DNA of 54,363 nt, counting the filler, from Sphacelaria rigidula (lineage: Eukaryota), in assembly GCA_964200075.2 (NCBI GenBank). It is 5 parts of 5 records of this genome, joined end to end, with 100 filler letters (N's around TTAATTAATTAA, not from the genome) between each part and the next. Parts side by side here need not be neighbours in the genome. Positions count along the whole stretch, not along the records: positions 43,572 to 54,363 come from CAXNAA020005904.1; 4 more parts are not named here. The stretch is one strand, 5' to 3'. The notes under the pieces were generated by a model. That model saw only the letters and a program-made list of their open reading frames with translations. It was not told the origin of the DNA and ran no database searches. Below, in pieces: positions 46,810 to 54,363 of the stretch. Position 1 is the stretch's first letter. Every line of letters begins with the position of its first letter. A program made the position numbers and the translations under genes.

Positions 46810-49800
46810 CATCATGAATAGTAACACCCAGTTGGATATCGCAAGTGGGTGGCAACGTACTGGATAAAGCTTGTACGATGCACGATACCGTAGCACAAGA
46901 TAGGAAGGCATCTGTATGTAGTGTTACTGGAGTAATATTCCATTGTGAACGACAGCATATTCGCGCCGCTTGAAAACCTAAAAACTGATGAGGCACGACT
47001 GTGATTGGGCCGCAAAAAAAGGGATTACGCCGAGTAGGCCGAATATATATATATATTAGTCCTGAATACAAGGATCTCGGTTGGAAAAATAACAAATACA
47101 CCCTCGTCGCCCCCCCCGCCCCCGCAATCACAGTTTCCCACGCACCAACAGCTGACAAAAGAGAGGCTGCCACGGCAACATTTACTTCATAAAGAAGAGC
47201 AACAACAACGACATCAACAGCAACAGCAACAGCAACAACACAACAGCAATAGCGTTGCCAAGTGGTAGGTGAGTAGAGACATGGCCATGGCAAAGTAGTA
47301 CTACACATGATGAATGACGTCCATGCTCGTCCAAACCAAAACGGTCAGGCTGAAGTGTAGAACCCCTCCGTTCTTTGATCTCACCAACTCGTCGTGCTAT
47401 GGGCTACATGTACTGACATACACGACCAGAGAGGCACTTTGTCACATCCTCACGTGGTGAACATCTCGTACAGTAGGTGTATTGGGCCATGGCCTCACAG
47501 TGAGGTGAGAAGAACCATCACGAGGGGATCGCAGGTGGCTGTGTAGAAACCAGTCTCGACGTGTCTCCGACCGATAGTCACCGAACCATCGTGTATTCCG
47601 AAATATTTAGGTGTTGAAAGACTGTAGCTCAGAGAGTACTAGCATCCAACCATCGATGAGGTAGAGTATGAACTTCAGCGATAGTCTCCGGCTGTACGTA
47701 TACGTGTAGTAGATACCTTGTCGTGGACCCTGCGCTTCCGTTTGTTGTAGTTGCTGTAGAGATGGGTACGGCTGGGTTTCGTTGCCTGCCGTCACTTTCG
47801 ACGTTGCTCGCGTTTTTGAGCTTTGACCTCCTCGTCTAGTCTTGGGTTACGCAGCTTCCCATGCTCTTGTTTTCATTCGTGTCCGAATATTTGTCTTGTG
47901 GGTTGTTTGGCCATGTCCAGCATGTATATGTATAGAGCTGGCGGTAGCTGTTACCATCATGAACAGCAACACTCAGATGAAAAATCCCTGTGGATATCCT
48001 AGACGACATCCCGTGTCGACGTTGATATCCCACGTAGATACCCCAGGTGGGTGGCAACGTAGGGGATAGAGCTTGCATGATGCACGATACGGTTGTACAA
48101 GATGTGGAAAACATCTGTATGTGGTGCTACTGGAGTAATATTCCATTGTGAACGACAGCATTTTTGCTCCACTTGAAAACCAAAAAACTGATGAGGCACG
48201 ACTATGATTGGGCCGCAAAAAAAAGGGATTACGCCGAGAAGGCCGAAAACAAATATATATTGGTCCTGAATACAAGTATCTCGGTTGGAAAAATAACAAA
48301 TACACCCTCGTCGCTCCCCCCGCCCCCGCAATCACAGTTTCCCACGCACCAACAACTGACACAAGAGGATACGACTGCCACGGCGATATTTACTCCATAA
48401 AGAAGAGCAGCAACAACAACATCAACAGCAACAGCAACAGCAACAGCAACAACACAACAACACCAGCAATAGCGTTGCCAAGTGCTAGGTGAGTAGAGAC
48501 ATGGCCATGACAAAGTAGTACTACACATGATGAATGACGTCCATGCTCGTCCAAACCAAAATGGTCAGGCTGAAGTATAGAACCCCTCCGTTTTTTGATC
48601 TCACCAACTCGTCGTGCTATGGGCTACATGTTCTGACATACACGACCGAGAGACATACACGACCAGAGAGGCACTTTGTCACATCCTTACGTGGTAAACA
48701 TCTCGCACAGTAGGTGAATTGGGCCATGGCCTCACGGTGAGGTGAGAACAGCCATCACGAGGGGATCGCAGGTGGCTGTGTAGAAACCAGTCTCGACGTG
48801 TCTCCGACCGATAGTCACCGAACTATCGTGTATTCCGACATATTCAGGAATGGAAAAGACTGTAGCTCAGAGAGTACTAGCATCCAACCATCGATGAGGT
48901 AGAATATGAACATCAGCGATAGTCTCCAGGGGTGTTTGTGTAGGAGATACCTTGTCTTGGACCCTGCGCTTTCGTTTGTCGTTCTTGTTGTTTAGATGTG
49001 TACGGCTGGGTTTCGTTGCCTGCCGTCACTTTCGACGTTGCTCGTGTTTGTGAGCCTTGACCTCCTCGGTTTAGTCTTGGGTTATTGTACACAGCTCCCC
49101 ATGCTCTCGTTTTCATTCGTGCCCGAGTATTTGTCTTGTGGGTGATTTTATTATGTCCGGTATGTGTATGTGTAGCGCTGGCGGTAGCTGTTGCCATCAT
49201 GAAGAGCAACACTGAGGTGAAGAGTCCGTGTGGATATCCTAGATGCCATCCCATGTCTACGTGTGAGGTGTAACGTACGGTATAGAGCTGGCACGATATA
49301 TGATACGGTAGTACAAAAGGGGACAAAATTTGTACATTGTGTACCATAGCAGAAAAAATATATTCCATTGTGAACGACAGCATATTTGCTCCGCTTGAAA
49401 ACCTAAAAACTGATGAGGCACGACTATGATTGGGCCGCAAAAACAGTGATTGAGGCGAAAAATTGATCAGTCCTGAAAACAAGGATCTTGTTCGAGAAAT
49501 TAACAAATGAACCCTCGTCGCCCCCTTGTTGGCGCTATTCTTCCAGCTGATTTGGCTTCTTCATATGCCTCTTCGACCGTTGTGCTTTTTGTATTTTTTG
49601 TAGTTGTAGCTTCTTCTGCTGTGCTTTTCGGTTGCTGTTCTGCTTTATGTTGTTGACGATGTTGTGCGTCGTATTGATCGTCGTTGATTTCGCTCCTCTC
49701 GTGTCTTGTTTCGTGCTGTGACGAGATTGCTCGGTGACGACTTTTGTGATTGTTCTGCGTGAAAAAATAAATATTTTCAACGAAGAATAATCACACAGTC

Positions 49801-50500
49801 TTCGCCTGGCCATCTCGTCACGGCACGAGACATGAGACGAGAAGACCGACTCCCACGATGATCAACGCAACGCACAACATCGTCAACAATAGAAGGGAGA
49901 ACAGCAACCGAGTACGAAAACTATGAGAGCTACATCTACAAACACTACACGAAGCACAGCAGCAGCAACAACAACAGCAACAGCAACAGCACCGACTACA
50001 CCAACGAGAATCATTCCAAGTTCGCACCATAAAGTAGTGTTATGGTGCTACAATAGCAGAGTAGTACTACACACGATGACTGAGGTACATGCTTGTCCAG
50101 AAGCAATATGATGGACCTGAGATCTAGAGCCCCCCCGCGCTTTGATCCGGCCAACTCGTGCTGCTATGGGCTCTATATACTGAAATGCACGACCAGAGGA
50201 GCACCTTGCAGGGCTTGAACGACTTGCGGCGTCACCTCTGGCTATTATAGCACAGAGTTCTATCAATCTGTGACAAAACGGGTATAGCATGCCTACGCTG
50301 CGAATAGTTTGTAGAGTACATGTATTGTGCCATTTCCCTACAGCGAGGTGAAAACAGCCATCACGAGGACATTGCGGACAGATATGTGGCAAAACAAATC
50401 TCGACATCTGCGACCGGTAGACACCGAAGTACTTTGTTTTTCAATTTTGAGGCGTACAACGGCTGTGGGTTGGAGAGACTAGCTTCCATCAATCGGTGAG
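46810..50500. repeat. ~1.15-1.25 kb tandem macro-repeat: two full units, a partial third and a diverged continuation
   Basis: CATCATGAA.AG.AACAC at ~46810, ~47955, ~49195; TATTCCATTGTGAACGACAGCAT at ~46936, ~48139, ~49362. 49960-50500 is a diverged homologue of ~47200-47660. Confidence 0.9.
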
Positions 50501-50504
50501 GTGA

Positions 50505-50575
50505 AATTATTATTATTATCATTATAAAAATATTATTATTATCATTATAAAAATATTATTATTATCATTATAAAA

Positions 50576-50611
<36 letters not shown>

Positions 50612-50720
50612 CATTATTATTATTATTATTATTATTATCATTATGATTATTATTACTATCATTACTATCATTACTATTATTATCGTTATTATCATTATTT
50701 ATTATTATTATTATTACTAC
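50505..50720. repeat. (ATT)n low-complexity tract starting with three ~23-bp units
   Basis: ATTATTATTATCATTATAAAAAT x3, then degenerate (TTA)n. Confidence 0.9.
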
Positions 50721-51077
50721 CATCATATCAATCTATGATAGCCCCTGTGTCCTCCCCCTTCCGTTGTCGGATCCCCATCATATCATGGGCGACTTCAAAG
50801 CTAGGGTTGGGCATGACTGATTACGCACTTGTGTACAAAGTGTGCTCTCTAAATCCTATACAAATGGCCCTTGGGCCGACAATTACGTCCCTTGAGCGTA
50901 CACGACGAACTACTCGAGTCTGTTTTGGACGAGGTAAGTACTAAGATTGAGTGTAGTCACAATTTGAACCACTTAGATGCAGTGAAGGTAGTATAAAACC
51001 TGTACGATAGTGGGTCGCACCTGCGATTGCTTGAATTTACACCGCCGACAGCTCATGCATTGATTTGAGGGTACTGC

Positions 51078-51422
51078 GGCCGGTTGCCCCGGTGGCTCAG
51101 TTGGTAACCTCGTCACCTTCTGACGGTTGAGTTGTGGGGTTCGATTCCCGTTCTGGGATTTTTTCTTACACCATGCCCAACAGTGGAGAGCGACTATATC
51201 GTGGGTACACAAAATTCGACTTAATGGTCGACCAGGGAAAGGGAGTGCCGTAACCCTCTCGCGATAAAAAATAAAGGCAAGCACCGCAGAAGGAAGGTGG
51301 GGTACTAAAAACAAATAAAAAAGAAGAAGCTCCTGTGTGACCCCGGCTGATGCGCCCACATATCCCGAAAGAGGTAGACTGGCGTCCGGAATAAAAGGGA
51401 CGACAACGCACACACACACACA
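51078..51422 (+). mobile_element. tRNA-derived SINE with (CA)n tail
   Basis: A-box TGGCTCAGTTGG (51093-51104), B-box GGTTCGATTCC (51138-51148), unpaired acceptor stem, ~250-bp body and a CA-repeat tail; 3' fragment repeated at 835-900. Confidence 0.8.
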
Positions 51423-52340
51423 TACCATGGTGTTCAAATACCCTACGAAATACGGAGTAAATGCCCAGATGTGCCGCGCTTGGAGACTGGAGTCGTCGAT
51501 ACCGACGATTCGAAGAGGGTACTCTAGGAGGTTCTTATCTCCCAACTGACGACGCTTCTACACAAGTGCAAATAGACAGACTTCACCCGGAGCGTGCGCC
51601 TGCCTCCACGATGCTGGAAGAAACTGATCCAACCACAAGGGGCAGACGACTCGCATCACATTAGTGGAAGGTTGCGGAGGTCGCGAGGTTCTGCGGAACT
51701 TACACTGTGATACCTCGAGCGAGATCTGGGTTCCACGAGCACTCAACGTGGTTACACCGTAAGAAGGCGTTTTGGGACGCCGCACGTGTGTATTTATGCT
51801 AGCCGATTGCCATGTTCGGATACTCGATTTCGCTCCCAGGCGTCAAACCACCTATAACTATCGCGGAAGTGCCGCTGAGTCGACAATCAATACTGAGCAT
51901 TGCTGGGATACAGCCTACACTCGGTGTAGCACTGGATAGGTAAGGACACGTGTGCAGGATGCGCTGGCAATTGCGACGGATTATTCTGACATACTTCATC
52001 CGAGCGATGCGTCATGTTCCACCATTTTCTGATCATACACTTCTCGACAACAAGCATGATCGATAAATTGAATATCTGGATACACACGGAAGAACACCTA
52101 CTCGCGACTAAAATTGACAAGAGCGAACTTCGATTCCATCAGCCGTTTTAAGAACGGAAAGGGGTTTGATTCCATTTTTCATTTCATTGATTGAACGAGC
52201 AAAATATGATTATTCACGCCTTCGTTCATATAGTTTTGAAGAAATGACGAAAATAACGATGGCAGGTACAACACCATTCGGATACACCGTCTGAAACTCC
52301 AGCAGTAGCGACAGAACTGCATTACTTGGCCAATAGACAA

Positions 52341-52441
52341 ACATTGGCGAAAATGTTTACCGCGTACAGTATCGAATCTATGGGTCTATTGCGATAGGCA
52401 ATATATTCGATACTGTACGCAGTGAACTTTTTTTCCAATGT
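52341..52441. repeat. ~100-bp foldback
   Basis: GCGTACAGTATCGAAT (52362-52377) is perfectly complementary to 52405-52420; outer ACATTGG/CCAATGT; inner GTCTATTGCGATAGGC. Confidence 0.8.
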
Positions 52442-52545
52442 ACTCTACTTTTCGGGGTGCCCACGATGTAACCTGAAAAAAATGTAAATATCGTTTTGTC
52501 TAGCCGGTTTTACATCTGTCGTACTTTTACTGTACACGATTTCAG

Positions 52546-53622
52546 GGCTCGAGGCCCGACTGGAGGATGAACAGTTGCCGCCTCCGTGTGTGGAACTCCG
52601 TCGCGGATTGGTGCCGCGATTTCCGTCGGTCGCCACGAGGAGGAGGGTCATGGGAGCGGTGACGGCCGAAGATATCGTTTGGGCGGGGGAACAACCCGAG
52701 AGCGAGGACCCGCGGGAGTGCTTGAAGCAAGAGAGGGAGGCACACCGGCGCGAGTGTACTGCCCGCGAGGCCCGGTGGGCGACGTCAGTGATTGCCGGGG
52801 TTTCCGCGGTAGAGGAGGTGAGGGGCCAAGGTCGGATGATGACGACTGAGAGAGAGAGAGAGACAGAGACAGAGTAAAATAGCACGCAGTGTTCTGTATT
52901 GGCCGAAGTAGATACTCATGACATCTCGGTTGGCCGATATTCCTTGGTCGACGGCCGACATCATGCATGGCCCTTTGGAGCCGAAGGAGTTTTGGACATG
53001 GATGACATCAAGCGGTGGATGATGTGCGAGCAGAACCTTCCTTTGGGAACTTATGGTCGTAATGTGATTATTATAGCGTCTAAAGAACCCTAGTATGTCC
53101 GGATTTATTGTCTCCATTTTTTGCAGGATAAGCCCCCCCCCTCCCCCTCCGTTACAGGGTAAGGGGTGGGTACGACAGTAGTGACTCTCCCCCACCCGCT
53201 CTTAGCCTACGAAATCTCATCCGCCCCGCAACCTCCCGTCGACAAAAGCCCAATAAATCTTCCCTATGACTCCGCCTCTCTCCTCACGCTCTCCAAACGG
53301 ACAACTAATCACCTCGGCCCCTCTGTGTTGTCTGCCATGATGGCTGTGACTGTTCCGATTTCGCATCTCGCCGATGACTCCCGACGCCGGGATTAGAGTC
53401 GCAGACGCAGCAGGTTGAAGCGGGGAGGGGGTGTTGACGATCTCGCAGCTCTAGGCAAGATGGGCTGCTTGTCGCGGGAGCAAATGGCGGCCAACGAGTT
53501 CGCGCGCAGGGTGTGTCTGGAGAGAGGGGTCGGACTTTCGCCAGCAGCCGCTGTGCAATGGAAGAGGCGAAAAAAGGCTGCTGATGCTGCTGCTGTTGCC
53601 GCTACTAGTAAGGAGGACTGCA

Positions 53623-53657
<35 letters not shown>

Positions 53658-54363
53658 TGCTGGACATCTCCTTTTTACGCCAGAAATCCTAGAAAATACG
53701 CGCCCAGAGTAAATTCAACGTGAAAACGTACACTGAAAAAGCCGTATAACACGATCAAGTAGCATGGCGAGGAGAGGCGTATTACTCGCTCCACTCGTCG
53801 GTTGAGTGGATTTGTGGTTATTTTCAGCTGTCAGTGGTTTGTGGATGGATTTGTAGGTTAATTCGTGATCTGGTTGTAAAGTGTCTTGTGATTATTGTGG
53901 GTGTCGGAGGCGCCGTGTGTATTCTGGGAAAACAGGAGAGGCTCAAAATTGCTGTAAATGACACGTGAATTGTGTTTCTTGAAATAACAAAAGCGAGTAT
54001 GTATGTGTCGATGACTTTCCCCCCCTCCCACGCCCCCCGCAGCCTGAATACTCTTTCCCATGCTATAGTTCGGCCTCCGGCTTGACACGGATCGCTTCGT
54101 CCCGAACTTGACCGCTTCCCCCCTCCGCCCCCGGGAACCTTCCCGTCCGTCTTCCCTTATTATACTCGTACTTGAGAGACGAACGCTGTCGGGGCTTGGC
54201 GAGTCGTGATTTCGCTTGTTAGCAGTTGTGCAGATTTGCACCAAAACTTATAACTAAACGCAAAACGTGCGCGCCAACGTGACAATCTCCCCCCCCCCCT
54301 CCCCCCCCCCCCCCCCCCCCGCCCCCTCTCCCCCGCGCAGCGGGGCCAGTGGGGAGATGAGTA
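52546..54363 (+). CDS. Hypothetical protein, internal exons of a partial gene
   Basis: GC-rich exons 52546-52817 (LEARLEDEQLPPPCVEL...VSAVEE, TTCAG| ... GAG|GTGAG), 53397-53624 (SRRRSRLKRGGG...KEDCK, AAG|GTG) and a probable exon starting at 54341 after a C-tract and GCAG. Phases are compatible; no recognisable domain. Confidence 0.6.

Noticed and set aside
48188..48266. Hammerhead ribozyme core (CTGATGAGGC...GCCGAAA...GTC) in the macro-repeat
   Set aside because: Stems I and III cannot be paired convincingly, and GAAA is not conserved in unit 1 (GCCGAATAT).
51078..51160. Functional tRNA gene
   Set aside because: The acceptor stem does not pair and the head continues into a repeated body with a CA tail, as expected for a SINE.

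Overview
Eukaryotic, intron-rich, repeat-rich DNA that most resembles a brown alga (Phaeophyceae/stramenopile). This is inferred from the bipartite ASAFAP-type plastid presequence, short exons in long introns and the transposon types. The window is not one locus. It is five blocks of almost identical length (1-10793, 10894-21686, 21787-32579, 32680-43471, 43572-54363) joined by artificial 100-bp N44-TTAATTAATTAA-N44 spacers. Shared repeat families suggest one genome or close relatives. Block 1: six exons of an eIF4G-like (MIF4G) gene on the minus strand, including a probable GC-AG intron, plus a 183-bp tandem array. Block 2: a decayed Ty3/Gypsy retrotransposon with at least five nested insertions. 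Block 3: a complete 4-exon thylakoid-lumen-type FKBP gene, head-to-head with an unknown gene. Block 4: a DIRS/Ngaro-type tyrosine recombinase pseudogene and the 3' exons of a nicastrin-like gene. Block 5: a ~1.2-kb tandem macro-repeat, a tRNA-derived SINE and exons of an unknown gene. The most unusual signal is a LINE-like/SINE-like pair that shares a 3' tail, ends in C-runs instead of poly(A), and has 13-15 bp target-site duplications at C-rich sites. All calls come from manual reading; no database searches were run.
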